Origin: Nanobdellati archaeon
GTDB lineage: Archaea > EX4484-52 > GLR71
Length of the DNA: 64,000 bases
Assembly (NCBI GenBank): GCA_019429005.1
Contig: JAHYJR010000003.1
Span: 64,001 to 128,000, forward strand
Direction: 5' to 3'
Positions 8,587 through 19,111 of this stretch are shown here, piece after piece. Each line of letters opens with the position of its first letter. The first letter of the stretch is position 1. The translations under genes were made by a program, and so were the position numbers. A model generated the notes under the pieces. It was not told the origin of the DNA. It searched no databases and saw only the letters and a list, made by a program, of their open reading frames with translations.

Positions 8587-10950
8587 CTAAGAACCAAGAC
8601 ATGGAATTATTCTCCACACAACCGGCGTATTCACACCATTAGCATACAATTTAACTGATGCTCGACAACATTGAGAGTTATCATCAAGCTTCAAATCACC
8701 TAAAGGATATGTAATTGTAGAATGATTTGGAACATTAACAAAAACTCCTGATGTTGCAGTAGATGAAGATGTGTTCGTAACAATACAACGCGAATAATCT
8801 TCGCCAAACATATCAATACGCACAACAGTATCCCTATCACCAGCATTTGTTAGGCTAACATCCATAAGTGTAAACGAAGAAAGCGGTGAACTATTACTAA
8901 CATTATCAATCACAAGAACAGGTTCTAAATCAACATCATACAAAACAGCATCATCAATATATGCATCAATAAATGAATCCAATTGAACTGATGAATAATT
9001 GTATACTAACTCAGAACCATCATTAATAATATGTTCAGTAGACGCACCATCAAATATCAACATGTTAACATCAGTATTATCATACAAATATAATTGTGCA
9101 TTTGAAAAGTACGCACTACCACCGTAAGCTAGAAGAACCTCTTTATTAATAGGACCAACAACAGTAATATTATATAATACAGATTTACTCAACAGAATAT
9201 CAACCACATCTTCAGATAGCAAAAGTTCCGATTTGGGTATAGACACGCGGAAATCATTACTAATTACACTAATTTTAGAATAAAGTTTTCTTGAAAGTTC
9301 TGAAATACGTACATCTTTAAGTTCCTGACTAAAATCAACAGAACGTATACCAATAGAAGGTGAATTAAAAAAAGATGTATCAAAATCATAAGTAATAGAA
9401 CTATTTGTATAACTAAAAATTTTACCGCCGATACTATTGACCTTAATCTGAGATCCTTGATTTTCAAAGATGATATAATCACCACTTAAATAGCTATTGA
9501 CTTTAAACTCAGAACCAGATGTTAGGAGTGATGAGAACACACCGCTACCAAGAGAAAATAATGCTTTATCAGATTCACGACCATTTACATCACCGTTAAT
9601 TATAAAATTAATATAAACACCTTGCTTTGATATTTCAGAAAGCACCCAACCTAAATCAGAATCAAAAAGATAAGGCATATCAGATGATAATAAATCAGAA
9701 CCTTTATATACAATTTGAATTTCATCACCCCTATTATAGGTTCCAGATAAAATCAGCTCACGAATCAATCTTGAATTATTGTAACTTATAGCTTGTAATG
9801 ATGCACTATTCCAGGGTGTTGAAAAAAGGTCCCATGTTTCAAAAAGCCCTTCTGAAGACAGATTATATTTAGCTTTAGTATATAATGTGCCAGCACCATA
9901 AGTTGGTTGAATTGTTCTAACACCAGACACAATCAGATCCGTATACACACCCAAATTATACTGATATGTATCTCCATCAATATATACTTCAGTAGGCGAA
10001 ACACCTGTTTTCTGATCAAATTTTAAACCATCGTCCATAAGTCCTGCAAACGCATTAACACCAATCTTTGAAACAAATAAATCTGAAAGATTTCCAACAA
10101 ACTTGACATCAACTTCACGCTGAAGTGCTGCTGAAAGAGAATCAATAATACTCAGATCAATCAACTTATCCATCTGATTTGAATAAAATATTATTTCGGC
10201 ATCAGCCTGATTAATTTTGGATTTTAGATTATCCATAAGAATATTATGCGTATTTATCTCAGATATGACATGCATCTGATTAAGTAAATTTGAAGCATCA
10301 GTAACTGAAAAAGTATAATTAATAATCACTTCAGATTTTAAGACGGGATCATAAATTTCATATAAATCAGTAATAAACATTTTTCCAGCACAATCAGAAA
10401 CAACAATCTCAAAAACTTTAGAATTATCTAATATTAGATAATCTGTTTCGATACTAGAATCATGAAGTATATAAAAATCTGAATCAGATAAGATAGTTGA
10501 AAATATTGTTGAACCCATCTGATATTCAAGATCCATTGTAACAGGACCTCTTACATAAACCTCTTTTGACGACAATAAAGACTGTATTGATGATAACATA
10601 CTGCCACTAAAGATAAGATCCGTATGATCCGTTACAATACGCACAGACGAACCAACAGAATTCATCTTATTAACAATATCATCCTGTACACTTAATTGCA
10701 TAGCCTTACAATGATAAGCATCAGTTATAGTAACAAACTGCTCATCAAAACCTTCTAATTTAGATTCCATTTCGTTTTGTATAAAATCTTCTTGAGAACC
10801 TAAAAGACCTTTGACAAAATTAAGAGCCATACTACCCATTACAACAGCAAGCGTTACAAGTATGACCGCAGCAAGTATTGAAGATACAGCTTTTTTGCTG
10901 GATTTTTTATTTTGATTATAACAAAAATACAACTGTTTCACAAATACCAC
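8587..10950 (-). CDS. Large protein with an archaellin/type IV pilin (class III) signal peptide
   Basis: KKAVSSILAAVILVTLAVVMG near the N-terminus, followed by a repetitive 700-aa body. Confidence 0.7.
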   Translation of the reverse strand: MVFVKQLYFCYNQNKKSSKKAVSSILAAVILVTLAVVMGSMALNFVKGLLGSQEDFIQNEMESKLEGFDEQFVTITDAYHCKAMQLSVQDDIVNKMNSVGSSVRIVTDHTDLIFSGSMLSSIQSLLSSKEVYVRGPVTMDLEYQMGSTIFSTILSDSDFYILHDSSIETDYLILDNSKVFEIVVSDCAGKMFITDLYEIYDPVLKSEVIINYTFSVTDASNLLNQMHVISEINTHNILMDNLKSKINQADAEIIFYSNQMDKLIDLSIIDSLSAALQREVDVKFVGNLSDLFVSKIGVNAFAGLMDDGLKFDQKTGVSPTEVYIDGDTYQYNLGVYTDLIVSGVRTIQPTYGAGTLYTKAKYNLSSEGLFETWDLFSTPWNSASLQAISYNNSRLIRELILSGTYNRGDEIQIVYKGSDLLSSDMPYLFDSDLGWVLSEISKQGVYINFIINGDVNGRESDKALFSLGSGVFSSLLTSGSEFKVNSYLSGDYIIFENQGSQIKVNSIGGKIFSYTNSSITYDFDTSFFNSPSIGIRSVDFSQELKDVRISELSRKLYSKISVISNDFRVSIPKSELLLSEDVVDILLSKSVLYNITVVGPINKEVLLAYGGSAYFSNAQLYLYDNTDVNMLIFDGASTEHIINDGSELVYNYSSVQLDSFIDAYIDDAVLYDVDLEPVLVIDNVSNSSPLSSFTLMDVSLTNAGDRDTVVRIDMFGEDYSRCIVTNTSSSTATSGVFVNVPNHSTITYPLGDLKLDDNSQCCRASVKLYANGVNTPVVWRIIPCLGS

Positions 10951-11039
10951 TTACAATTATTTGTTGATATATAATATATATTTTAAACGTAGAGATACAA
11001 CGAAAAATATAGTGAATAATTACAAACAAAAACATTTTT

Positions 11040-11084
11040 TTAGAATAAATATAATTAATATTTTATTAGAATAAATATAATTAA
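11040..11084. repeat. Short direct duplication TTAGAATAAATATAATTAA, 2 copies
   Basis: Two copies 26 bp apart, upstream of the HD gene. Confidence 0.8.
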
Positions 11085-11129
11085 GGTCAAACACACTTAA
11101 TTATGATACAATCAACAAAGGTCCTACTT

Positions 11130-11681
11130 ATGAAACGAGACGAAGCAATCAAACTGATAAAAGAAAACGTAAAAACACAATCATTGATAAATCATATGTT
11201 TTCAACAGAAGCTATAATGGAAAGGCTTGCTGAAAATATGGGCGAAGATAAAACACAATGGGCACTTTGCGGACTTCTACATGATATAGATTTTGACATA
11301 ACTCGAGATAATCCAAAAGAACACGGTACTTATGCATCTAAAATACTTAAAGATACAGACGTGGATAAAGACATCATACATTCAATCCATGCACATAATT
11401 TTGAATATACAAATATAACCCCTGAAACTAAAATGGATTTTGCACTTATATCGGCAGATGCAATGACAGGACTAATTATAGCGTGTGCAATGGTCAAAGA
11501 AAAAAAACTTGAAAATGTTAGTGATAAAACAATCAAAAAAGCATTTAAGAAAAAAGGTTTTGCTGAAGGATCAAAAAGAGATAACATCAAACTTTGTGCA
11601 AAAGCAGGTATATCTTATGACGACTTTGTGACAGAAAGCAGAGAAGCTATGATGACAATTTCAGAAATATTAGGTCTTTAA
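11130..11681 (+). CDS. HD/HDIG-domain phosphohydrolase
   Basis: H...E, GLLHDID, H...H, ADAMTG, FA.G..R. Confidence 0.9.
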   Translation: MKRDEAIKLIKENVKTQSLINHMFSTEAIMERLAENMGEDKTQWALCGLLHDIDFDITRDNPKEHGTYASKILKDTDVDKDIIHSIHAHNFEYTNITPETKMDFALISADAMTGLIIACAMVKEKKLENVSDKTIKKAFKKKGFAEGSKRDNIKLCAKAGISYDDFVTESREAMMTISEILGL

Positions 11682-14600
11682 AATAAATTAGATACAAAAA
11701 ATAACAAAATAATACTAAAAATCACAACAGTATAAAACGTAATATCATCATAAAAAAGCTTTACAGAATTATCAAAAACATCGTTTGAAGAATTACCATC
11801 AATAGATAGATTTTCAAGATTATTCATAAACACAAGATTGTCATCAACGGCAGAATCATCAACAACAATAGTTTCATTAGAAACATCAATATCAGAACCA
11901 TCACTAGATTCATTTGAAACGTCTTCAGTCAAATTTAAAGACTCATTTGTATCATTTATAACCACAACAGGACTCAAGATATAACCACCCCCGCTACTAG
12001 ACGGACTATAGATAATGACAATATCCTTACAACTTGAATCGCATGATGCACCACCATCACATTCTTCACCCGCATCAACATTGCCATCACCGCAATATGG
12101 CTGAAGTTCTCCCAAAACAAATCCTGAAAAATTTGTAACCTCTGAACATAAAAAATTACTAGTAAAATAATTCTTTTCTAATACAGATAATTCACTTTGT
12201 GATGAACCGATACACGATTCTAATGACGCGTTCCATCCACATTTATAAATTCGTGATTTTTGCACATTTATAGAAATATTAGTAACATTAAAACACACTA
12301 AGGTATTATTCCATGATGAGTTTGTACTGAAATCAAAAACAAAAGGTTCACTTTTAAATATAACATTTGATATCGAAGAGAAATCAGATATATTTGCATC
12401 TTTATAGGTAATATTCAAAATAACATCATTTGTAAGATTCATATTTTCAACAATAACAAAACTAATATTATTAGGATGTATCGAAACATCATAAATACCT
12501 TCAACAACAGTACTATTATGTGTCATATTTGAATAATAAACATTTGAAAAATAACTAGTGTTTGAATTATAGAACTCTAAATTAAGATAAGAATTATTTG
12601 CTACATCACTATTAACAAAAACAGATACAGGATTTTTGACCTCAAATAAAAATGTTTTGTTATTCCTAGTTCCAACACTATCATTGACATACAATTCAAC
12701 ACTATAATTACCAATACTTGATGTGTTCAAAAAAGAATAATTATATTGAATTAGATATTCTAAAGACTCATTAATTTTCACAAAAATATCATCCAAAATA
12801 TAAGTTCCATTAAAATAAAAAATACCCCACACTGTAACATTTGTAAAATATATCACACCAATATTCAAATCATATGAATCATTAATATAGATTATATCGT
12901 TCTTAATCAAATTACCACTTATTACAGGATCACTAAAATCTAAAGTTGCAAAATAATCATAAGTGATATTTGAATTACCCGCAAAATCATAAACTATTGC
13001 ATTGACATGATACACACCTTCGGTCAAGTTTGTATAATTTAAAGATACAGTATTATTTGTATACACATTAGAAACCAAAAAACCTGTTGAATTATAAAGA
13101 GTAATTGTCAAATTTGCAAAATTTAAATCAGACGCAGTAATATTTACAAAAATCCAATCATCAGAATATGTTGAACCATTTAAAACCATATTCGAACCAT
13201 ACGAAACAGACGGATTTATAGTATCTATAGTAAATGTCCTAATTCCAGATAAATTAAAATGTCCAAACGTGTCATTCATATAAACGGAATAATTATATAT
13301 ACCTTCAGATAATTCAGTAATATTTGCATAACAAGTGTTTTGTAACAGATTCATCACAACGCTTTCATTACTATAATTCAAAATACACATATCAAAATTA
13401 GGTTCAATAAAAGTCAAATTAACATAAAAACTGTTTTCTGAAACATAAGTACCATTATCATTCGTTGGATAAACAAAAGATAATAGTGGTCCTATAGTAT
13501 CTACTTCAAAAATAACAGGATTTGAAGAAATAAAACCTAAACTATTATTTGCATATAAAATTAAATAGTTAGCACCTTCAGATGCTACAATCTGTATTGA
13601 ACCGTTTGTCATGTTTGAACCAACTGATGAATTAACTATAGTAATGTTACCATTCAGATCGTACCAGATTGTACTAATATTATAGACATCCATAACAGAA
13701 TAATTCAACAAAAGGGTATTATTAGTATAAGTGATATTTGTTGGATTCAAAATAGTAACATTAAAACTAAAAACAATTGTAAAATTAACAGAAGACACAT
13801 TATAATTACCCTCAGCATCAAAAACAGTCACATAAACAGTATGACCACCATCAGACAAATTAGAAATATTAATAACAGAATACAGCTCTTCAGATTTAGA
13901 ATCAAAAAGACCATCTAAAGCAGTCATATTGTAAATCGTACTATTTGTATCAACATAATATTCGGCAGAACTTATGTTATTCAAAGCATCATAAACCGAA
14001 ACATTAAAACTGGGATTAATATTTGTAACATTCGGCACAATACTTATTTCAGATATTATTGGTGCATCATTATCAAGCGATAAGATTGCAGCAAAAACAT
14101 TAATCCGGCTAAAAATTGTACTTGTCCCAACATCATAGATAGGTTTTCCCGTATCATTTAATATTGACCGAATCTGCACAGGCGTCAAAGTTGCACCATT
14201 CAACTGTTTATTTGCCTGCTGAATCAATGCCGCAGCTCCCGCAACATGCGGTGTCGCTTGAGATGTCCCCCACATCAAAACATAAGGCGTTGAAGCGTAT
14301 GTCGAATTTATTGATGCACCAGGTGCAAGAAGCATATATGGGAACTTCACACTTCTATCTGTAAAACATGCAACCTCATCAAACTCTGAATCTGTATCGT
14401 TACAAATAGTCCATGATTTAGACCCGTAATCTTCCTTATAAGTCGCACCAACAGGAATAACTCCCGAAATACATGCAGGAGATGAAATTCCTGTAGAATT
14501 CCCACTATTTCCTGTAGCAACAACCACTGTAATATTATTGTTAATAGCCGAACTGATAGCAGCAGCTAAAGTACTATAACTAGAATCACAATTTGAACTA

Positions 14601-15421
14601 TGTGAACTGAAACCAAGACTCATAGAAATTACTGAAATATTATACACAGTACGATTAAAATTACAATCATCAATTGCAGCAATAATATCTATAAGATTAC
14701 CAAAACCACTTGAATCCAATACTTTCATTGAAAAAATTTTCGCACCTGGTGCAACACCCATAACAGTACCATTTGCAGCGACAATACCAGTCACATGCGT
14801 ACCATGGCCATTATCATCCATAGGGATGCCATCATCATTCACATAATCATAACCACCTATGACCTTATAAGAACCACCAAAACCACCACCTAAATCAGGA
14901 TGTGAATAATTAACACCTGTATCTATAACACAAACAGTCTCGTCAGCACCTGTAAAATTAACACCGCTAGACTGGACATCCCAAACATCACTAGCTGAAA
15001 TCACACCAACAGAATCCATAAGCATTGTATAAAATCTCTTATTCTCTTCAACATACAAAACATTAGGATCTTTTACAATACGGTCCAATGCCGAACGCGG
15101 AATTTTAGCCGAGACCGCATTCACAGTCTCATACTTATACTTAACATCACCACCAAAAGATTTAATATCAATCTCAAGAGAATCCGAAACTACAACATCA
15201 GCACTCAAAACACCAAAAAATTTTTTCTTAACAACAGTCCTATCCCTATACGAGATTATAACATCAACAAAGTCATCATCTACACCAGAAAGCGTTTTTT
15301 CAATCTTAGAATCAACTGCAAAAGTCTTGAACTCACCCCCAGACGAAAAAGAGGGAATAATAACTAACAAAAAGATTAAAGAAATTACAAATATCAAAGA
15401 TTTACGCGTATAATAAGACAT
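11678..15421 (-). CDS. Membrane-anchored S8 subtilase with Ig-like repeats
   Basis: Signal peptide, I9 propeptide, catalytic D (IDTG), H (HGTHV) and S (GTSQATPHV), many N-x-S/T sites, CGDG...EECD Cys motif, C-terminal TM helix. Confidence 0.95.
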   Translation of the reverse strand: MSYYTRKSLIFVISLIFLLVIIPSFSSGGEFKTFAVDSKIEKTLSGVDDDFVDVIISYRDRTVVKKKFFGVLSADVVVSDSLEIDIKSFGGDVKYKYETVNAVSAKIPRSALDRIVKDPNVLYVEENKRFYTMLMDSVGVISASDVWDVQSSGVNFTGADETVCVIDTGVNYSHPDLGGGFGGSYKVIGGYDYVNDDGIPMDDNGHGTHVTGIVAANGTVMGVAPGAKIFSMKVLDSSGFGNLIDIIAAIDDCNFNRTVYNISVISMSLGFSSHSSNCDSSYSTLAAAISSAINNNITVVVATGNSGNSTGISSPACISGVIPVGATYKEDYGSKSWTICNDTDSEFDEVACFTDRSVKFPYMLLAPGASINSTYASTPYVLMWGTSQATPHVAGAAALIQQANKQLNGATLTPVQIRSILNDTGKPIYDVGTSTIFSRINVFAAILSLDNDAPIISEISIVPNVTNINPSFNVSVYDALNNISSAEYYVDTNSTIYNMTALDGLFDSKSEELYSVINISNLSDGGHTVYVTVFDAEGNYNVSSVNFTIVFSFNVTILNPTNITYTNNTLLLNYSVMDVYNISTIWYDLNGNITIVNSSVGSNMTNGSIQIVASEGANYLILYANNSLGFISSNPVIFEVDTIGPLLSFVYPTNDNGTYVSENSFYVNLTFIEPNFDMCILNYSNESVVMNLLQNTCYANITELSEGIYNYSVYMNDTFGHFNLSGIRTFTIDTINPSVSYGSNMVLNGSTYSDDWIFVNITASDLNFANLTITLYNSTGFLVSNVYTNNTVSLNYTNLTEGVYHVNAIVYDFAGNSNITYDYFATLDFSDPVISGNLIKNDIIYINDSYDLNIGVIYFTNVTVWGIFYFNGTYILDDIFVKINESLEYLIQYNYSFLNTSSIGNYSVELYVNDSVGTRNNKTFLFEVKNPVSVFVNSDVANNSYLNLEFYNSNTSYFSNVYYSNMTHNSTVVEGIYDVSIHPNNISFVIVENMNLTNDVILNITYKDANISDFSSISNVIFKSEPFVFDFSTNSSWNNTLVCFNVTNISINVQKSRIYKCGWNASLESCIGSSQSELSVLEKNYFTSNFLCSEVTNFSGFVLGELQPYCGDGNVDAGEECDGGASCDSSCKDIVIIYSPSSSGGGYILSPVVVINDTNESLNLTEDVSNESSDGSDIDVSNETIVVDDSAVDDNLVFMNNLENLSIDGNSSNDVFDNSVKLFYDDITFYTVVIFSIILLFFVSNLF

Positions 15422-15475
15422 TAGTCTTAAATTATAGATAATCGTTTAAATCTTTAATTGAAATAAAATATAAAA

Positions 15476-15550
15476 CGCCTCTGACGCGATTTGAACGCGC
15501 GACCCTTAGCTTAGGAGGCTAATGCTCTATCCAGACTGAGCTACAGAGGC
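15476..15550 (-). tRNA. tRNA-Arg(CCT), no intron, CCA not encoded
   Basis: GCCTCTG...TTAGC-CT-CCT-AA-GCTAA...GTTCAAATC...CAGAGGCG folds as a cloverleaf. Confidence 0.97.
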
Positions 15551-15642
15551 ATACTCCGCATTCAATTTATATCTATTAAGTTATTTAAAATTAATCAAAA
15601 AAGCACAATTAAATTAAAATAGTTAAGAAATCATCTATAATT

Positions 15643-16287
15643 ATGGAAAAAAACTATAATTCTACAATTATCAAAAGCCTTAAACAAGAATATGAAATCA
15701 AAAAAAAAGATATAAAAAAGCGCCTTGATGATTTCAAAAAAATATCAAAACAAGATAATGATACAATATTCTATGAGCTATGTTTCTGCCTCCTCACACC
15801 ACAATCAAGTGCAGTATCCTGTGATAAAGCAATCCAAAAACTCAAAAAAGATCAATCAATAGAAAGTGAAGAAAAAATCAAAGAAGCACTTCAAGGAATA
15901 AGATTCAAAAACAACAAAACAAGATACATTATCGAAGCAAAAGAACAATTTTACAAAAAAGACAACCTAAAACATATTATAAATAACCCAAACAATCAAG
16001 AATCTCGTGAAATAATAGTTAAAAACATCAAAGGTATAGGATATAAAGAAGCAAGTCATTTTCTTAGAAACACAGGACACGGAAAATCAATTTCAATCCT
16101 TGACAGACACATATTAAAGAACCTGAAAGCAAGTTATGTGATAGATGAAATACCCAAAACAATAACTAAAAAAAGATACATTGAAATTGAAAATAAAATG
16201 TTAGAATTTGCTGAATATATATCAATACCAATTGAAGAATTAGATCTATTGTTCTGGTCAAAGGAAACAGGAATAATATTCAAATAG
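15643..16287 (+). CDS. ogg: 8-oxoguanine DNA glycosylase/lyase
   Basis: ELCFCLLT, HhH motif KGIGYKEASHFLRN, ILDRH, C-terminal DLLFW...TG...K. Confidence 0.93.
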   Translation: MEKNYNSTIIKSLKQEYEIKKKDIKKRLDDFKKISKQDNDTIFYELCFCLLTPQSSAVSCDKAIQKLKKDQSIESEEKIKEALQGIRFKNNKTRYIIEAKEQFYKKDNLKHIINNPNNQESREIIVKNIKGIGYKEASHFLRNTGHGKSISILDRHILKNLKASYVIDEIPKTITKKRYIEIENKMLEFAEYISIPIEELDLLFWSKETGIIFK

Positions 16288-16918
16288 ATTTTGAAAATTC
16301 ACAAAAATAATTATCGTGAGACCTTTTACTCAACCCACAAACAAGACCTGATTCAGAGATAACCCTATCAAGTTCCCCTTCTTTAAAAAGATGATAAAAC
16401 CGTTCATAAACATTATTCCACATGACATTAACATCTTGTGATTTTTCATCCTTAAAACGCTCCTGTTCATACACCCATGCACTTACAAGACCACATCCAT
16501 CAGATTTTAAAACAGTCTTTATTTCTAACAAAGAATCAAGTCGTGCCTTATCACTTACCATATGATGAACTGCAGCAATAAAAAGCACATTATCAAATAC
16601 ATCAGACTTAAACGGAAGATTTAATGCATCACAACAAATTAAATTAATTGTCACATTTTCGCACTTAGCTTTCTCTTTTACAAGCTTTAAAAGAGCTAAA
16701 GAAATATCAACACCAACAACATAAAGCCCTTTTTTTGCAGCATAAATAGAATTTCGGCCGTTACCACACGCAACATCTATTAATAACCCTTTATCCAAAA
16801 CATTTATAAAATCAGAACAATCTTTCCATATATAACCACGTGTAGCATCAAAATGCTCTGCGATAATATCATAAGTATCTTTAATATTATCACGTAATTG
16901 ATTTTTAGATTGAACCAT
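16280..16918 (-). CDS. Class I SAM methyltransferase, Trm9/ALKBH8-like
   Basis: YD.IA.HFD.TR..W, DVACGNGRN, IAAVHH, RFYHLF. Confidence 0.85.
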   Translation of the reverse strand: MVQSKNQLRDNIKDTYDIIAEHFDATRGYIWKDCSDFINVLDKGLLIDVACGNGRNSIYAAKKGLYVVGVDISLALLKLVKEKAKCENVTINLICCDALNLPFKSDVFDNVLFIAAVHHMVSDKARLDSLLEIKTVLKSDGCGLVSAWVYEQERFKDEKSQDVNVMWNNVYERFYHLFKEGELDRVISESGLVCGLSKRSHDNYFCEFSKSI

Positions 16919-17056
16919 AATACAGTTTTATACTAAATATCTTATTAAATCTACTCAAAAAACAAAAACCTTTTAAAGCTTTTAGACATATAATTTTACT
17001 AACAGATAAGAAACATAATCTTATTCTATTAATTTTACACAATCAAGGGATTATAA

Positions 17057-17587
17057 ATGACACGATGTGAAATCTGCGGTAGTGCTGCAAAAATTAGAAA
17101 AGTAAATCTTGAAGGCGGGACTATAGAAGCATGCTTTTACTGCGTACCACGTACAAAAGTTGAAAGCCGAACTAAATTCGTTAAACGAAAACAGTTTGAA
17201 AATACAATAAACCGACCAAGAAAGGCATTGATAGATAACTATGCATCTTTAATCAAGAGTGAAAGAGAGAAAAATAATCTCACTCAAAAAGAATTTGCTC
17301 ATAAAGTCGAAGAACATGAATCAATTATTGTAAAAATTGAACAAGGTACATTCAGACCAAATTTTGCAGTTGCTAGAAAAATTGAACAATTATTCAAAAT
17401 AACTCTTGTTAAACAGCTTGAAGTCAAAAAAGAGTTCGTTAAAAGCAATTACAAAAAAGATAATTACAAACCTAAAAATAAACTGGACAATATAATACAT
17501 ACTGAAAACAAAAAAAGACCAGCACATAGTATAGGTTGTACAATTGCAGATTATATTAAGATAAACAAAAAACAATCTAAATCTTAA
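17057..17587 (+). CDS. mbf1: Archaeal multiprotein bridging factor 1
   Basis: CEICG...C..C Zn ribbon, HTH, and C-terminal T(I)xD motif. Confidence 0.85.
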   Translation: MTRCEICGSAAKIRKVNLEGGTIEACFYCVPRTKVESRTKFVKRKQFENTINRPRKALIDNYASLIKSEREKNNLTQKEFAHKVEEHESIIVKIEQGTFRPNFAVARKIEQLFKITLVKQLEVKKEFVKSNYKKDNYKPKNKLDNIIHTENKKRPAHSIGCTIADYIKINKKQSKS

Positions 17588-18032
17588 TTTTATCTATTAT
17601 AATATGCGATAAATAGCCCACAAAACCAAATAAACCAGGGCTTATATTTCTATTTAATATAAAAGCTATAGCAGATAATACAATCAAAAAAATAATGCTA
17701 GATGTAAACGTATGTGTAATACCTCTATGTTTTGGTTTTAAAAACAAAATTATTTTATCTGCTGACAAAAACCATACAAATAACATAAACAGCATAAGAG
17801 GGACATCATTTACAAGTGATACGATAATATAAATTGAAAATAATATTATTATTAAATCCCTTAACGTTTTAAACGCTTTTGAATTCTTATGATCTATATC
17901 CGGAAACAAACTTCCAATAAAAAGACATAATGCTGATAAGAAAAGAATCCCTTTATTTGCTATTGGAAAAATCGCATATAAAGCAATAAAAAACAAAAAT
18001 CCAAACAATAGATGTGTCTTATAATTAGGCAT
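17577..18032 (-). CDS. Membrane-bound metal-dependent hydrolase (YdjM-like)
   Basis: TH, PDID, HRGITH and SH...D motifs with TM helices. Confidence 0.85.
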   Translation of the reverse strand: MPNYKTHLLFGFLFFIALYAIFPIANKGILFLSALCLFIGSLFPDIDHKNSKAFKTLRDLIIILFSIYIIVSLVNDVPLMLFMLFVWFLSADKIILFLKPKHRGITHTFTSSIIFLIVLSAIAFILNRNISPGLFGFVGYLSHIIIDKIKI

Positions 18033-18038
18033 CAAAAA

Positions 18039-18221
18039 TCAACTGAAATATCCTGTAGCATGATTCTCTTTTCCACATTTTGGACAAACATAATCAAAAG
18101 TATATTTAATCTGACTTATCATTGAACCATCAACAACAAATATTTTTTCCATCTTTGGATTATCTAATCTAAATGTATTTCCGCATTTACATTTAATATA
18201 CATCTGATTTTCAACACTCAT
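18039..18221 (-). CDS. Small Zn-ribbon protein
   Basis: CKCG...CPKCG. Confidence 0.65.
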   Translation of the reverse strand: MSVENQMYIKCKCGNTFRLDNPKMEKIFVVDGSMISQIKYTFDYVCPKCGKENHATGYFS

Positions 18222-18267
18222 AATAATCAATTAGTTTTTATTATATATATATATAGTATAGAAGAAA

Positions 18268-18282
18268 GCGGGCATAACCCGC
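18268..18282 (-). terminator. GC hairpin terminator downstream of the micro-ORF cluster
   Basis: GCGGG-TTATG-CCCGC followed by TTTCTTC on the minus strand. Confidence 0.6.
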
Positions 18283-18304
18283 AAAAAAATATGAAAAAAT
18301 GACT

Positions 18305-18412
18305 TTAATAAAGCCATTTCATTGCTCTTGAACCAGTATAAACTTTATTTTTTTTATGCTGTTTCAAAAGCTGTGTCCACATTAAAGTTGGTTCTTCTGT
18401 ATTTATCACCAT
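18305..18412 (-). CDS. Micro-ORF, 35 aa (MVINTEEPTLMWTQLLKQHKKNKVYTGSRAMKWLY)
   Basis: Hand translation. A GAGGTGA SD overlaps the upstream stop codon. Confidence 0.5.
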   Translation of the reverse strand: MVINTEEPTLMWTQLLKQHKKNKVYTGSRAMKWLY

Positions 18413-18417
18413 ACATA

Positions 18418-18663
18418 TCACCTCGAGATTAATTGTGTTATATATTCCTGTGCATATTGCTCTTTTCGATAAGTTCCAAATGCGTAAGGAAATAATTTTT
18501 CAAGCTCATCAATACGCAACCGTACTTTAGTTTTAATATTATGCCATTTTTTCTGATCATCCATATTCATATCCCTAAATTCTTGTAACAAAATGCCTTT
18601 TGTAGAAAATCCTTCATTTCTTAATTCATTTTTAATCATAGCCAATTCAATAGATGTTCTCAT
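18418..18663 (-). CDS. Small hypothetical protein, 81 aa
   Basis: ORF-track ORF with the start moved to MRTSIE, after a GGGGG SD. Confidence 0.6.
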   Translation of the reverse strand: MRTSIELAMIKNELRNEGFSTKGILLQEFRDMNMDDQKKWHNIKTKVRLRIDELEKLFPYAFGTYRKEQYAQEYITQLISR

Positions 18664-18665
18664 AC

Positions 18666-18800
18666 TTAAAACCCCCATTTTTGTTTCATATGCATCTCAT
18701 ATCTTTTCTTTTTAAAATAAGGTACAGAGCTCCATGCGGACTCAAACCCGATTCCATATTTGGAATTCATCAATATCATCTGATCATCACTTAATTGCAT
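18666..18800 (-). CDS. Micro-ORF, 44 aa (MQLSDDQMILMNSKYGIGFESAWSSVPYFKKKRYEMHMKQKWGF)
   Basis: Hand translation. GAGGGGA SD upstream; stops 2 nt before the next ATG. Confidence 0.55.
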   Translation of the reverse strand: MQLSDDQMILMNSKYGIGFESAWSSVPYFKKKRYEMHMKQKWGF

Positions 18801-18882
18801 ATATATCCCCTCTTAAACGAAAAAAGGTGTATTGGTTCTTTTTATGGTATAAATCCCAAAGACCAAAAGCACCTGTTATCAT
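18787..18882 (-). CDS. Micro-ORF, 31 aa (MITGAFGLWDLYHKKNQYTFFRLRGDIYAIK)
   Basis: Hand translation. AGGTGG directly upstream; overlaps the next ORF by 14 nt. Confidence 0.4.
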   Translation of the reverse strand: MITGAFGLWDLYHKKNQYTFFRLRGDIYAIK

Positions 18883-19111
18883 ACCACCTGGATTGGTAGG
18901 TAAAATTAGATTAACATTCTGGATATATACCCCTTCTGGATACAAATACTACCGGTTGGGCCGGTTAAGAATTAATTACAAAATCAAAAAAAAATCACCA
19001 GATAACACATTTTCAGATTTAAACGGTTATTAATCAAATTTAAAGATAAAAATAAAATTATCTAATCACAATATGTCAAGATATTTAAACATTAATTCTA
19101 AAAAATACATT

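Noticed and set aside
15476-15550. tRNA-Arg as an integration site
   Set aside because: No duplicated tRNA 3' end and no integrase were seen, and the flanking genes are ordinary.
18734-19033. 99-aa plus-strand ORF
   Set aside because: It is antisense to the minus-strand micro-ORFs, which have SD sites and a promoter.
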